Shown here one piece after another: positions 27,991-38,562 of a stretch of 64,000 nt of DNA (position 1 is its first letter; each line of letters opens with the position of its first letter). Below the pieces are notes generated by a model that was not told where the DNA came from, made no database searches, and was given only the letters and a program-made list of their open reading frames with translations. The translations under genes and the position numbers were made by a program. The stretch comes from a bacterium (lineage in GTDB: Bacteria; Patescibacteriota; Patescibacteriia; JAACEG01; JAGUWE01), in contig JAZDOD010000008.1 in assembly GCA_043798995.1 (NCBI GenBank), forward strand, positions 119,468 to 183,467. Reading direction: 5' to 3'.

Positions 27991-29109
27991 AAAATCGGCA
28001 TTGACGCCAGAATGTATGCGCCGGAGTGCACTGGCATTAGCCGTTATATCAGGGAATTAACTTATCATCTTTTTGACATTGATAAAACTAACGAATATTT
28101 AATGTTTATGCTGGAGCCGGAATATTCTAAGTTTGAAGCCCCGAATGAAAAGGTTAAAAAAATCAAAGTTGATTCCTACTGGTACGGTTATAAAGAACAG
28201 TTAATCTTGCCTTGGCAGATGTTAAAAACTGGCTGTGATTTAATCCATTTTCCTAATTTTAATACCCCGCTAATTTATCCCAAAAAATCAGTTGTCACAG
28301 TTCATGATATTACGCCGTTTTTCTTTTCCGGGCACCGCCGTCAATCAAAATGGCGTGACCGGGCTTTCCGGCAGGTTTTTTCCCGTTCGGTCAAACGAGC
28401 GACTAAAGTTATAGCTGTTTCCGAAGCCACCAAAAAGGATATTATTAGATATTTCAAAATAGCTCCGGAAAAAATTGAGGTGATTTACAACGGTCTGGAC
28501 CAAAAGTTCTTTCGGAAATCTTCTCCCTCGGAGCTTCAAAAGTTAAAAGATAAATACAAAATCCGCAGCCCATTTATTTTATATGTCGGCGTTTGGCGAA
28601 ATCATAAAAATGTGATAGGATTATTAAAAGCATTCAAGCTAATTCTTGATAAATATCAGTGCGATTATCAGTTAGTTTTATTAGGCAAGGAGTTGCCTAA
28701 ATATCCAGATATCAGAAAAACCTGGCAGCAGTTAAATTTGGAAAAAAATTTGGTTTTACCCGGTTTTGTCAGCGATGAAGAACTGTTGCTTTTTTATCAG
28801 GCAAGTGATCTGCTTGTCATTCCCTCCTTGGCCGAGGGATTTGGTTTTACCGGACTGGAAAGCTTGGCTTCAGGCACGCCGGTGGCGGCTTCAAACATTG
28901 CGGCGCTTGAGGAAGTTTTGGGAGAAAGCGCTTCTTATTTTAATCCGCACCGCTTTGAAGAAATGGCCGAAGTTATTTTTAATTTACTGACCAATCAAAG
29001 TTTGCGTCAGGAAAAATTAGCCAAAGCCGAAAATCAGATTAAAAAATACAGCTGGTTAAAAAACGCCGAACAAACCTTAAAACTTTATCAAGACGTTTTG
29101 GAAAAATAA
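27991..29109 (+). CDS. glycosyltransferase family 4
   Basis: MKIGIDAR start, as in the 12695 gene, and C-terminal AEGFGFTGLESLASGTPV. Confidence 0.75.
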   Translation, partial: KIGIDARMYAPECTGISRYIRELTYHLFDIDKTNEYLMFMLEPEYSKFEAPNEKVKKIKVDSYWYGYKEQLILPWQMLKTGCDLIHFPNFNTPLIYPKKSVVTVHDITPFFFSGHRRQSKWRDRAFRQVFSRSVKRATKVIAVSEATKKDIIRYFKIAPEKIEVIYNGLDQKFFRKSSPSELQKLKDKYKIRSPFILYVGVWRNHKNVIGLLKAFKLILDKYQCDYQLVLLGKELPKYPDIRKTWQQLNLEKNLVLPGFVSDEELLLFYQASDLLVIPSLAEGFGFTGLESLASGTPVAASNIAALEEVLGESASYFNPHRFEEMAEVIFNLLTNQSLRQEKLAKAENQIKKYSWLKNAEQTLKLYQDVLEK

Positions 29110-29111
29110 TT

Positions 29112-31607
29112 ATGCCTAAAAAACAAAAAGATAAAACTAAAAAGAAAGTGAAGAAATTAAGAAAGAAAGTTAAACTTGTTTCTAAAAAGCCCGCCCAGCG
29201 AGTAAAGCGGGCTATTAAAGTTAAAAAAGCCACAGGGAAACCATTAAAAAATGAAAATAAAATTGCCCGGATTTTTAAAAGAGAAAGCAAAATTGAAGAG
29301 CCCGAACTATTAGATTTGCCGGCCGAAACGCCAGCAGAAGAAAAAGAAGAAACAAAACAGAGTTATATTTCACCCCATCTTATTAATTTAAAAGAACCGG
29401 CCAAAGAAAAAGAAGAGCCCACCACGGATGATTTTAGAAAAACTCGGCCGGAAAAACCACGCAAGATTAGTTTTTTAAAAATTAATCTCATAAGAAAAAT
29501 TAATAAAGAGCCACGATTGACTTTTGTTTTTAGCCGAACTTTGGTGGCGGAACTGGCGATTTTTTTGTTTGTTTCTTTTGTCTTGGTTTCAATCCTTTTT
29601 TCTTTTAATTTTTTACAAAATCTAAAAGAAGGACTGCTTACAACTCGCGGCAAAGTTTTAGGCGAAGCTTCAACTGCCGTGGAACATCTTTTAAGCGGCA
29701 GCCAGGAACTTTTAAACTACAACCCCAGCAGCGCTTCCTATCAGTTTTCCCAGGCCGATGAATATTTTAATCAAGCTGGAAAAGAACTTGAAGGAATTAA
29801 TAGTTTAATTAAAGAGACGGCTAAAATTATTCCTTACGATCAGGGCGCGCTTGAGTCAGCTGATTCATTGGTTGAGGCCGGTAAAAATATCACTCTGGCC
29901 GCTTTGTATCTACCTGAAATATTAAATATCATCAATCGGCCGAACAAAGATTTTGGTTACGAAAATAGAGAATCAATTATTATTAATAATGAATCTTTAG
30001 TCGTTGGTCATTTACAGAAAAATTTTTATCAAAAATTAGAAGATTTAAATCTTAATTTAGCTTTAGCAGCTGACAGATTAACCATAGCCAATAATAATTT
30101 AACCGTAGTTAAAAGCGAAATTATTCCCGAAAATAAAAGAGAAGAATTTCTGCGCCTTAAAGAACAGTTAATGGAAGTTGAGGATAAATTTTTCCGCCTG
30201 AGCGAACTAACTGAAGCCTGGCTTGATATTTTAGGCCGAAAAGAATTAAAAAAATATTTGGTGATTTTTCAAAATAATAACGAATTGCGCTCAACAGGCG
30301 GCTTTATGGGCAGTTTTGCTTTAGTCACCGTTGACAAGGGTTTAATTAAGAAAGTTGAATTTCCCGAAGGCGGCAGTTATGACATCCAGGGCCAGCTTTT
30401 AGAGCGCGTTAAACCGCCCTCGGCGCTTAATTTAATTAATTCGCGCTGGTATTTTCACGATGCCAATTGGTGGCCGGATTTTCCGACCACGGCCCGGAAA
30501 CTCATTTGGTTTTATGAAAAAAGCGGCGGCCCGACTCCCGATGGCGTGGTGGCGATTACGGCCGATATAATGAAAGACCTATTGCAATTTACCGGTCCGG
30601 TTGAAGTGCCTGACTATCAAAAAACCATTACGGCCGAGAATTTTTATGAAGAAACGCAAAGAGCCGTTGAATTAGAATATGACAAAGAGGCCAATCGTCC
30701 AAAAAAATTTATGGTAGCTCTGGCTCTTGAATTTTTTAAAAAATTTACCCAGGATGAGAAAAATTTTCAGAATTTTTTCCAACTTTCGGATAAAATTTTT
30801 TCCCAAAAAACGATCCAATTTTACTTTACTAATGAAAAGACCGAAAAAGTTTTTACCTATTTTAATTTAACAGGCCAAATTAAAAATTTGCCAGGCGATT
30901 ATTTGGCAATTATCAATACCAATTTGCGCGGCGGTAAGACCGATAATTTTATTAAAGAAAAACTTTATTTGGAAACTGAGATTGATAATAATGGTCAAAT
31001 TATAAACAAATTGACTCTGGAAAGGACTCATACCGGGGACCCAAATAATTTTTTTGGAAAAACAGTCAATCTTGATTATTTAAGAATTTATGCGCCAAAA
31101 GGAGCTAAACTTCTGAGCGCTTCGGGTTTTAATCCGCCGGAAGCCAAAAGCTATTATTCAGAAGATGAAACATTGGCGCTTGATGCGGATTTAGCCCGTC
31201 TTGAAAATGAGGTGACCATTGATCCCCCCAGCGGCACCAAAATTTATGATCAGTTTGGTAAAACTGTTTTTGCCAACTGGGTTCAGGTAGCGCCGGGTGA
31301 AACTTCAAAAATTATTTTGACTTATCAGCTGCCTTTTACTTTAGACAAGAGATCGGAAAAAGAAGAGAAAAATTATTATGATTTAATTCTGGGAAAACTA
31401 TTAGGCAAAGAAAATATTGATTCTCAGGAAGATTTTCGGACTTATACTTTATTGATCCAAAAACAGGCCGGTGATAATAATTTAGTGTTTAATCAGAAGA
31501 TTAATTTACCGAATAATTGGCAGCTTATTTGGCAGAATAAAGAATTGCCGGCTGAAATTAATCTGCTTCAAGATAATTTTTACGGCGTAATTTATCAGGT
31601 TAAATAA
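29112..31607 (+). CDS. large Lys-rich membrane/surface protein, DUF4012-like
   Basis: K-rich N-terminus, a TM segment and an LRSTGGFMGSFALV core block. The DUF4012 assignment is from memory of that family. Confidence 0.45.
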   Translation: MPKKQKDKTKKKVKKLRKKVKLVSKKPAQRVKRAIKVKKATGKPLKNENKIARIFKRESKIEEPELLDLPAETPAEEKEETKQSYISPHLINLKEPAKEKEEPTTDDFRKTRPEKPRKISFLKINLIRKINKEPRLTFVFSRTLVAELAIFLFVSFVLVSILFSFNFLQNLKEGLLTTRGKVLGEASTAVEHLLSGSQELLNYNPSSASYQFSQADEYFNQAGKELEGINSLIKETAKIIPYDQGALESADSLVEAGKNITLAALYLPEILNIINRPNKDFGYENRESIIINNESLVVGHLQKNFYQKLEDLNLNLALAADRLTIANNNLTVVKSEIIPENKREEFLRLKEQLMEVEDKFFRLSELTEAWLDILGRKELKKYLVIFQNNNELRSTGGFMGSFALVTVDKGLIKKVEFPEGGSYDIQGQLLERVKPPSALNLINSRWYFHDANWWPDFPTTARKLIWFYEKSGGPTPDGVVAITADIMKDLLQFTGPVEVPDYQKTITAENFYEETQRAVELEYDKEANRPKKFMVALALEFFKKFTQDEKNFQNFFQLSDKIFSQKTIQFYFTNEKTEKVFTYFNLTGQIKNLPGDYLAIINTNLRGGKTDNFIKEKLYLETEIDNNGQIINKLTLERTHTGDPNNFFGKTVNLDYLRIYAPKGAKLLSASGFNPPEAKSYYSEDETLALDADLARLENEVTIDPPSGTKIYDQFGKTVFANWVQVAPGETSKIILTYQLPFTLDKRSEKEEKNYYDLILGKLLGKENIDSQEDFRTYTLLIQKQAGDNNLVFNQKINLPNNWQLIWQNKELPAEINLLQDNFYGVIYQVK

Positions 31608-31613
31608 TATAAT

Positions 31614-33569
31614 ATGCCCAAAATTCCTATCAACAATAATTCCCCGCAGCCAGAGGAATCGGAAGACGGCGTTTTTCATCAGAAAGAAATCAAAGATGAT
31701 TTGATGGACATTTATCGTGATGGAGACGGCAAAATCCCGGATATGAGCCGAATTGAAATTGACAAAAAATCTCGGCTGAAATTGTTTTTGGCAAGATTCT
31801 TTTCTTTTCTCTTTATTATCGGGTTGATCGGTTTGGTGATTTATCTCATCATTCAGCGAGTTAATTATAATAATCAAGGCAAGCAGAGTCTTTCGCTGGA
31901 GGTGCAGGCGCCGCAGGTTTTGGCCTCGGGCGACAAGATAGTTTACAAAATTAATTATATTAATAATGAACAGGCGGCTTTGAATAATAATCAGCTTAAT
32001 GTTGATTATCCCGAAGGTTTTGTTTTTGAATCAGCTGATCCGGCGCCAAGCTCTGAATACAAAAACGTTTGGCAATTGGGTCGGCTTGAGGCCGGCGAGA
32101 AAAAGCTGGTAACAATTATCGGCCGTTTGATTGCGTCGCCTGATTCCGAGCAGAATCTAAAAATCATTGCTTCCTATGAGCCGGAAAATTTCCATTCTGA
32201 GTTTCAGAAATCGGTATTTTTCGCAACTAAGATAGTGGCTAATGTGATTGATTTGACAATTGAGGGTCCGGATAAGATTTTAGCCGATCAGTCAACTATT
32301 TATAGAATCAAATATAAAAACAATTCAGATCAGCCGATAGAAAAAATGCAGATAGATCTTGTCTACCCTTCAGATTTTAAATTTATTGAAGCCAGCCCCG
32401 TGCCTTCAAGCCCGATTGAGGGCGAAAAACAAAATAATCTCTGGTTAGTTGAAAGTTTGGGAGGGCTCTCTTCGGGTGAAATTAATATTAAAGGCTCTTA
32501 TCCGCAAAATTTAACCCAAGACCAGCAGTTAAAGGTTCAGATAAAAATTAAAGATCTTAACGATCAGCTGAAAATTTTAACAGAAAAAGATTTTACGAGC
32601 CACACTCTCGGTAGCGCCTTAAGTTTGAATTTAATCATTAATGGCGCTTCGGCCGACAATTCGGCTAATTTTGATGACTGGTTAAATTATTCCATTGTTT
32701 ATAAAAATAAAAGCGATACACCGCTTAATAATGTCAAAATTAGTGTTCAGGTTTTAGCTTCAGCCGGTGATACGCCATTTAATTTTATTGATTGGTCAAA
32801 AATTGCCGATGATAATCACGGCCAGCTTTCAGACAATCAAATTAACTGGACAAGCAATGAAATTTCAGAATTAAACTCACTTGATGCCGGCGAGGAAGGC
32901 GTGATTGATTTTAAAATTAAGCTCAAATCTTATCAGGAGCTGGAAGAACAAATTAAAAAAATAAGCTCAACTGATTATAAAATTGTTTCTCAAGCCAGCT
33001 TGCAAGGCGAAAACGGCTCTACAACCCAGTCAGACGGACAAACCTTGCCAATTATTTTAAAAAGCAATCAAATAACCACCCGAATTTTAAGCAACGCGAC
33101 TTTTACGGCCCAGGCCCGTTATTTTAATGATGACAACATCGCGGTTGGCAGCGGCCCCTTACCGCCGAAAGTTGGGCAGACTGCTAAATATCGCATTTAC
33201 TGGACAATCGGCAACAGCCTCCATGAGTTGGAAAATATCACTATTACGGCTAATTTATCGCCAAATATTAATTTCAGCAACCGGACCAACGCCGCTCAAG
33301 GAGAAATTTCTTATTCGTCTTCAAGCAGGGCCGTCAACTGGACCGTAAAATCTATCGCGGCTAAGGCCGGCGAGATTGAGGCTGATTTTGAAGTTGAGGT
33401 CACGCCTCGCGAAGAAGATTTGAATAAAATAATCAGTCTGGTTGGCCAATCAACTTTAACCGCCACCGACAAACAAAACAACCTCCCCTTAACTTTGAAC
33501 GCCAAACCGCTTACTTCTAATTTAGACGGTGATCCTATTGCCGAAGGCAAAGGACTGGTGACAAATTAA
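31614..33569 (+). CDS. membrane-anchored surface protein with tandem Ig-like (DUF11/CARDB-like) repeats
   Basis: N-terminal TM, then about 5 repeats containing GEKKLVTIIGRL, GEINIKGSY and GEIEADFEVEV. Confidence 0.4.
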   Translation: MPKIPINNNSPQPEESEDGVFHQKEIKDDLMDIYRDGDGKIPDMSRIEIDKKSRLKLFLARFFSFLFIIGLIGLVIYLIIQRVNYNNQGKQSLSLEVQAPQVLASGDKIVYKINYINNEQAALNNNQLNVDYPEGFVFESADPAPSSEYKNVWQLGRLEAGEKKLVTIIGRLIASPDSEQNLKIIASYEPENFHSEFQKSVFFATKIVANVIDLTIEGPDKILADQSTIYRIKYKNNSDQPIEKMQIDLVYPSDFKFIEASPVPSSPIEGEKQNNLWLVESLGGLSSGEINIKGSYPQNLTQDQQLKVQIKIKDLNDQLKILTEKDFTSHTLGSALSLNLIINGASADNSANFDDWLNYSIVYKNKSDTPLNNVKISVQVLASAGDTPFNFIDWSKIADDNHGQLSDNQINWTSNEISELNSLDAGEEGVIDFKIKLKSYQELEEQIKKISSTDYKIVSQASLQGENGSTTQSDGQTLPIILKSNQITTRILSNATFTAQARYFNDDNIAVGSGPLPPKVGQTAKYRIYWTIGNSLHELENITITANLSPNINFSNRTNAAQGEISYSSSSRAVNWTVKSIAAKAGEIEADFEVEVTPREEDLNKIISLVGQSTLTATDKQNNLPLTLNAKPLTSNLDGDPIAEGKGLVTN

Positions 33570-33696
33570 ATCCCAATATCCAAATCCCAATTTCAAATCA
33601 AATTCTAAATCCCAATAAAAAATAGTTTTTTGGATTTTGGACTTTGGATTTGATCCGCCAACTGGCGGATTGAGTTTGGGATTTTTGATTTCTAGT

Positions 33697-34995
33697 ATGT
33701 TTCAAATAATTAAAAAAAGTTCAAAAAGTTCTGCTCGAGTCGGAATTATTACAACACCTCACGGAGAAGTTAAGACCCCTTGTTTTATGCCGATCGCGAC
33801 TAAGGGGGCGGTGAAAAATTTAACGCCGGAGGAATTAAAATTTTTAGGTGCTGATTTGATTTTGGGCAATACCTATCATTTATGGCTAAGACCGGGCGTA
33901 AAAGTTATCAATAAAGTTGGCGGTTTACATAAATTTATGAATTGGTCTGGCCCGATTTTGACCGATTCAGGGGGATATCAGGTATTCTCTTTAGAGAATA
34001 AAGTCAAAAGTCAAAAGTCAAAAGTCAAAAATTTAAGTCAAAATTCAAAAGGTTATAAAAATAATTCTTTAAGTTTGGTTAAAATCGCCGATAGGGGGGT
34101 TGAGTTTAGAGATCCGTTTGATGGCAAAACTTATTTTTTAACTCCGGAAAAGGCAATTGAGATTCAATTGAAACTCGGCTCGGATATTATTATGGTTTTG
34201 GACGAATGCCCGCCTTACCCCTGCACCCGCGAACAGGCCAAAAAAGCGGTACATCGGACAACCGAATGGGCGAGAAGATGCAAAAAATTTTTCATAAAAC
34301 ATGTAACATGTAACCTGAAACATGAAAAAAGACCGTTGCTGTTTGGGATAATACAGGGTTCGGTTTATCAAGGTTTAAGAATAAAAGCTATCAGAGATTT
34401 ACTGGCAATAGGCTTTTCCGCCAAAGGCGGACCAGCCTCTGGCTGGGACGGTTATGCTATTGGCGGCGTGGCAGTAGGCGAGCCGCGGCAATATTTGGCT
34501 AAAATTCTAAAATGGGTAATACCGCTTTTACCCGAGGACAAACCTTGTTATTTAATGGGCTTAGGCAGGCCCGAAGAAATTGTTGAAGCGGTGAAATTGG
34601 GCATTGATCTTTTTGACTGCGTCATCCCAACGAGAGAAGCGAGACATGGCAGGTTATACCTTTGGAAAAATCCGAAATCCGAAATCCCTGCCCGCCATCG
34701 GCTTACACCTCAGGCGTTAGCAGGCGGGCGAAATCCGAAAAAAATCCGAAATCCGAAATCCAAAAATAAGAATTGGGAATTTTATGAGATGATAAATATT
34801 TTAAACTCTAAATATAAAAACGATTCTAATCCTATTAATCAAACTAATTTAAAAAGTTATTCAAGGGCATATTTACACCATCTTTTTAAAATGGGTGAAC
34901 CTTTAGCCCAACGGCTGGCCACATTAAACAATTTAGAATTTTATTTATCTTTAATGGTGAACTTGCGTCAGGCAGTTAAAATTGACAAAATTTAA
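33697..34995 (+). CDS. tgt: queuine tRNA-ribosyltransferase Tgt with two in-frame repeat-derived insertions
   Basis: PCFMPIATKGAVK, LGNTYHLWLRPG, GPILTDSGGYQVFSL, GYAIGGVAVGE and SRAYLHHL. The Zn cysteines are absent. The start is the ATG at 33697. Confidence 0.85.
   Translation: MFQIIKKSSKSSARVGIITTPHGEVKTPCFMPIATKGAVKNLTPEELKFLGADLILGNTYHLWLRPGVKVINKVGGLHKFMNWSGPILTDSGGYQVFSLENKVKSQKSKVKNLSQNSKGYKNNSLSLVKIADRGVEFRDPFDGKTYFLTPEKAIEIQLKLGSDIIMVLDECPPYPCTREQAKKAVHRTTEWARRCKKFFIKHVTCNLKHEKRPLLFGIIQGSVYQGLRIKAIRDLLAIGFSAKGGPASGWDGYAIGGVAVGEPRQYLAKILKWVIPLLPEDKPCYLMGLGRPEEIVEAVKLGIDLFDCVIPTREARHGRLYLWKNPKSEIPARHRLTPQALAGGRNPKKIRNPKSKNKNWEFYEMINILNSKYKNDSNPINQTNLKSYSRAYLHHLFKMGEPLAQRLATLNNLEFYLSLMVNLRQAVKIDKI
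34002..34031. repeat. heptanucleotide microsatellite (AAAGTCA)x4 inside tgt
   Basis: Direct tandem repeats. Confidence 0.8.
34666..34760. repeat. composite insertion inside tgt: (AAATCCG)n direct repeats flanking a GCCCGCC/GGCGGGC hairpin
   Basis: aaatccgaaatccgaaatcc - hairpin - cgaaatccgaaaaaaatccgaaatccgaaatcc. Confidence 0.7.
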
Positions 34996-35060
34996 ACTAA
35001 AAAGTCCTTTCAAAAAGGACTTTTTTTATGGTCCCAGAAAAAACTCACATCGCTGAGGTT

Positions 35061-35915
35061 TTAATAAGCGATTATTTCCTTTAGTAATTTATTAACAAAA
35101 GTCATTTCAGAATCTTTGGTGATAACGATATCAAAATTCTTCCGATAATTTTTGAGATTTTCTTTGACATTTTTATTCAAAAAACCAATTTTGATTAAGT
35201 TGTCATATCTAAAACCTTTAATCATACCAATATCTGATAAATTATCGCCCAGTAAAATGACATTTTTTCTTTTTTTAATTATTTTATAGACCGGGAAATT
35301 TTTAACCATTGTTTCGTCTTTGTTTAACGAATGAATAATTGGCTTTTTAACGCCTATTATTTTGCCCCGTTGGCTCCACTTAAGAGAATTAGATATAATA
35401 TAAATGTTGGGGTATAATCGTTTTTTATTTTTAAAATACATTGAAATTGACTCAGTGCCCAGTCCGCTAGCCGACATAACAACGAGAGGTATTTTAAAGC
35501 GGTAAAGCAGATCGAAAAATTGCAGAGCGCCCTTTCTAAACTGAATTTTTCCTGAGTCAATGACTCGCTTGACATCTTTTAATTTGAGCCCGGTTTTTAT
35601 TAATAATTTAAAGTGCGTAGTCCACCACTTTTGCATTTCTTTCTTTCTTTTGGCAAGGGGAATGTTCTGGTCGACTTCTATTGGATGATATTTTTCAAAA
35701 AGCGCAATGGCTTTCTTGGTATAATCCGCTGTTAAAAGATTACCCGACCTTAAAATTGAGAGAAGAGAGGGCGTTTCCTTGCCGGCAACGAAGGCCTTGG
35801 TCAAAGTTCGGTCAAAATCAGCCAAAATATGAAGTTTATCAACGCCGTCTTTGGCAATTTTTTGTTTTATTTTTTCTAGTTTTTTCAAGTTAGTTATGAT
35901 AACATTTTTTGGCAT
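35061..35915 (-). CDS. HAD-superfamily hydrolase, pyrimidine 5'-nucleotidase-like
   Basis: Motif I DFDRTLT and C-terminal LLGDNLSD. Confidence 0.5.
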   Translation of the reverse strand: MPKNVIITNLKKLEKIKQKIAKDGVDKLHILADFDRTLTKAFVAGKETPSLLSILRSGNLLTADYTKKAIALFEKYHPIEVDQNIPLAKRKKEMQKWWTTHFKLLIKTGLKLKDVKRVIDSGKIQFRKGALQFFDLLYRFKIPLVVMSASGLGTESISMYFKNKKRLYPNIYIISNSLKWSQRGKIIGVKKPIIHSLNKDETMVKNFPVYKIIKKRKNVILLGDNLSDIGMIKGFRYDNLIKIGFLNKNVKENLKNYRKNFDIVITKDSEMTFVNKLLKEIIAY

Positions 35916-35968
35916 AATTTTGGCTTAAAATCCTTTTTATGTTACAATTTTAATACGAAGATTTTATT

Positions 35969-36742
35969 TTGGCAAGCTTTATGGAGGAAATAATCAAAAT
36001 TTTAATTGTCAGCGTCGCCGGTTTTTTAGGCGGTTTTTTAGGCGGGCAGGTTGGGGGAGGGGCTCTTATTACTTTGCCCGTTCTTCTGGCCTTGGGGCTG
36101 GCGCCGTCGGTGGCGATGGGCACCAATGTGCTTCATGGCGTTTTTGGCAATTTAACCAGCGGCTTAAGATATTTTAAAGACAGAAGAATTAATTTTAAAA
36201 AACTTTTGCCTTATTTGATTTTAGCTTTTTTGGGCGCGGCCATTGGCGCTAAGATTAATATTTCTTTTGATCAAATTCTTCTTAAAAAAATCATTGCTTG
36301 GCTTCTGGCGGCTTTAGCAATTTTTACTTTTTTTAAAGATTATTTAGATAAAAAACTTAAAGTAGTTGAAGCGCGCCATAAAAAAGAAATGGAGTACTTT
36401 TCTTTGGTTTTAATTTTTCTTTTGGGAATCTACGGCGGAATGTTCAGCATTGCCATTACCACGCTTATCGCTTTTCTTTTCCTACTTTTTTTAGGTAAAA
36501 ATTTTATTGACAGCATGGCCCATTCGTTTGTGGTGACAACCTTCTGTCTTTTAGGCGGCTCGCTTGTTTACCTTAGCCAAGGCGCGGTTAATTTTTTTTA
36601 TTTTTGGCCGCTCACGATTTTTACTTGTTTAGGTTCCTGGCTCGGGACCGGTTTTGCGATTAAAAAGGGGGAGAGATGGATTCACCAGCTGTTTTTGGTA
36701 ATTGTAATAATTTTAGTTTTGAAATTAATATTGGATTGGTAA
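35969..36742 (+). CDS. TauE/SafE (DUF81) family membrane transporter
   Basis: 8 TM segments and a Gly-rich AMGTNVLHGVFGN motif. Confidence 0.7.
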   Translation: MASFMEEIIKILIVSVAGFLGGFLGGQVGGGALITLPVLLALGLAPSVAMGTNVLHGVFGNLTSGLRYFKDRRINFKKLLPYLILAFLGAAIGAKINISFDQILLKKIIAWLLAALAIFTFFKDYLDKKLKVVEARHKKEMEYFSLVLIFLLGIYGGMFSIAITTLIAFLFLLFLGKNFIDSMAHSFVVTTFCLLGGSLVYLSQGAVNFFYFWPLTIFTCLGSWLGTGFAIKKGERWIHQLFLVIVIILVLKLILDW

Positions 36743-36871
36743 ACCCTCTCTAATTTTTAAAACTAAGTGTGGGGGTAAAATTGACAAGAAATGAAAATTA
36801 ACTTAGAATTGACAGATAAAAAGCAAGAAACGTCTCGTTCTTTTTAAAATTTTTTAAAAGGAGGTATTTAA

Positions 36872-37918
36872 ATGGGAGAAAGAATTACGATTCGACGGCC
36901 GGATGATTGGCATACTCATTTACGCGAGAATGAAATGCTGAAATGGGTTTTGCCTTACAGTAATGTTTTTGGCAGGGTGGTAGCAATAGGGAACTTGAAT
37001 AGACCGATTGTTGATGCTTATGATGTTAAAAAATATCGAATGGAGATACTCCGTCAAAAACCTCGCTTTCAACCAGTAATGAGTATTATGTTAGTCAAAC
37101 AGACCACCCCACAGATTATTTGCCGCGCCTTTGAAGAAGGGGCCAGAGTTTTAAAATTCATTCCGGCTGATACTTCAACCGGCTCTCAGGAAGGAATTTC
37201 TCTAATCAATCTTAAAGATTATTACCCGGTATTAGAAATGGCGGAGCGCTTAGTCATGATTTTTTCCGGTCATTGGGAGCTAACCAAAGATCCTGAAACT
37301 GCCCGGGTAATTCCTGAGTTAGAAAGAGAAGAAGCCGCTTTACCTTATCTCAAAAAAGTGATTGATGATTTCCCGAACCTTAAAATTGTTGTTGAACATG
37401 TATCTACGGCTAAAATGATTTATTTTATTGAAAAAGCCCCAGCCAATGTTGCCGCGACTCTGACCGCTCATCATATTGGACCAGCTTATTACCCTAATGT
37501 TTTCAATGAAAAAGGCGAAATAGAAGAACCATTTTATTATTGCCGACCGGTTATCAAAAATATTAAAGATGCGGATGCCGTGATGCGGGCAATGACCAGC
37601 GGCAACCCCAAATTTTTCTTTGGTTCTGATTCAGCGCCTCATCCGATTGAAAAAAAGCTGAAAAATCCGCCCGCGGCCGGTATTTTTTCCGCGCCAGTTG
37701 CTCTCGTGTGGGTATGGACTGCCTTTCAACATAGAAATAATGGTAAAGAATTATTTGAGAACTTTATTTCTCGCTCTGGCGCTGAATTCTACGGCCTGCC
37801 CCTGAATAACAATTATTTAACTCTTGTTAAACAGAAATGGACTGTTCCTAAAACTTATAATGGCATCGTTCCTTTTTTAGCCGGTTTTAAGCTTTATTGG
37901 CAAATCGCCGAGCAGTAA
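36872..37918 (+). CDS. pyrC: dihydroorotase (class II, E. coli type)
   Basis: IRRPDDWHTHLRE and LGSDSAPH motifs. Collinear with E. coli PyrC, with a strong AAAGGAGG Shine-Dalgarno sequence. Confidence 0.85.
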   Translation: MGERITIRRPDDWHTHLRENEMLKWVLPYSNVFGRVVAIGNLNRPIVDAYDVKKYRMEILRQKPRFQPVMSIMLVKQTTPQIICRAFEEGARVLKFIPADTSTGSQEGISLINLKDYYPVLEMAERLVMIFSGHWELTKDPETARVIPELEREEAALPYLKKVIDDFPNLKIVVEHVSTAKMIYFIEKAPANVAATLTAHHIGPAYYPNVFNEKGEIEEPFYYCRPVIKNIKDADAVMRAMTSGNPKFFFGSDSAPHPIEKKLKNPPAAGIFSAPVALVWVWTAFQHRNNGKELFENFISRSGAEFYGLPLNNNYLTLVKQKWTVPKTYNGIVPFLAGFKLYWQIAEQ

Positions 37919-37921
37919 ACC

Positions 37922-38002
37922 CCCACACCTAAATCTTTAGATTTAGGTGTGGGGGTAAATTTTCAATAGCCCACTCAAAAAACATCAAAGTGGGCTTTTT
38001 CT
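37922..38002. terminator. tandem hairpins after pyrC
   Basis: A 36-bp perfect palindrome of the CCCCCACACC family (CCCCCACACCTAAATCTTTAGATTTAGGTGTGGGGG), then a GCCCACT...AGTGGGC + T5 terminator. Confidence 0.65.
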
Positions 38003-38139
38003 TGACTTTTTTCTTTTTTTATGTTATCTTTAAATTATTAATTATTTAGTTAGTTTGGAAAAAACAATCTTTTCAAAGCTCGACTATTTTTAGGTCATTT
38101 GAGAAGTAGTTTGCCAAACACGAAAGGTCATTTAAAAAA

Positions 38140-38331
38140 ATGAATTCTCAAAATGACTTTGGTAGTCGTCAAATGTACCAAGGCGATTGGACTTGCGCAG
38201 AATGCGGAGCTAAAATCACCGAACTGCCTTTTCAGCCAGATGGTGACAGACCGATTTATTGTCGGGATTGCCACCGGACCCGCCGACGTAGTAGCGATCA
38301 AGGCGATCGTGGATCAAGACGAAGATACTAA
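38140..38331 (+). CDS. small zinc-ribbon protein with an Arg-rich tail
   Basis: CAEC...CRDCH. Confidence 0.4.
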   Translation: MNSQNDFGSRQMYQGDWTCAECGAKITELPFQPDGDRPIYCRDCHRTRRRSSDQGDRGSRRRY

Positions 38332-38342
38332 AGATAAACCTA

Positions 38343-38369
38343 AAAATCCGCTTAAAAGCGGATTTTTAG
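38343..38369 (+). terminator. rho-independent terminator
   Basis: AAATCCGCTTAAAAGCGGATTTTT. Confidence 0.7.
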
Positions 38370-38562
38370 ATTGCCAAGAACTAAAAAACCAACCTCAACG
38401 GTTGGCTTTTTAGTTCTTGTATATTAAGGCGCGTAGAACCAGTGTTTTAAAATGGCAAATTTTTCTTTTCTTTGTCCATTATAGCGGATTTAAAAAATTT
38501 GTCAAGAGCCACGATCTGTTATATACTAATAACTAACAACTATTAACTAATAACTAAACCAT

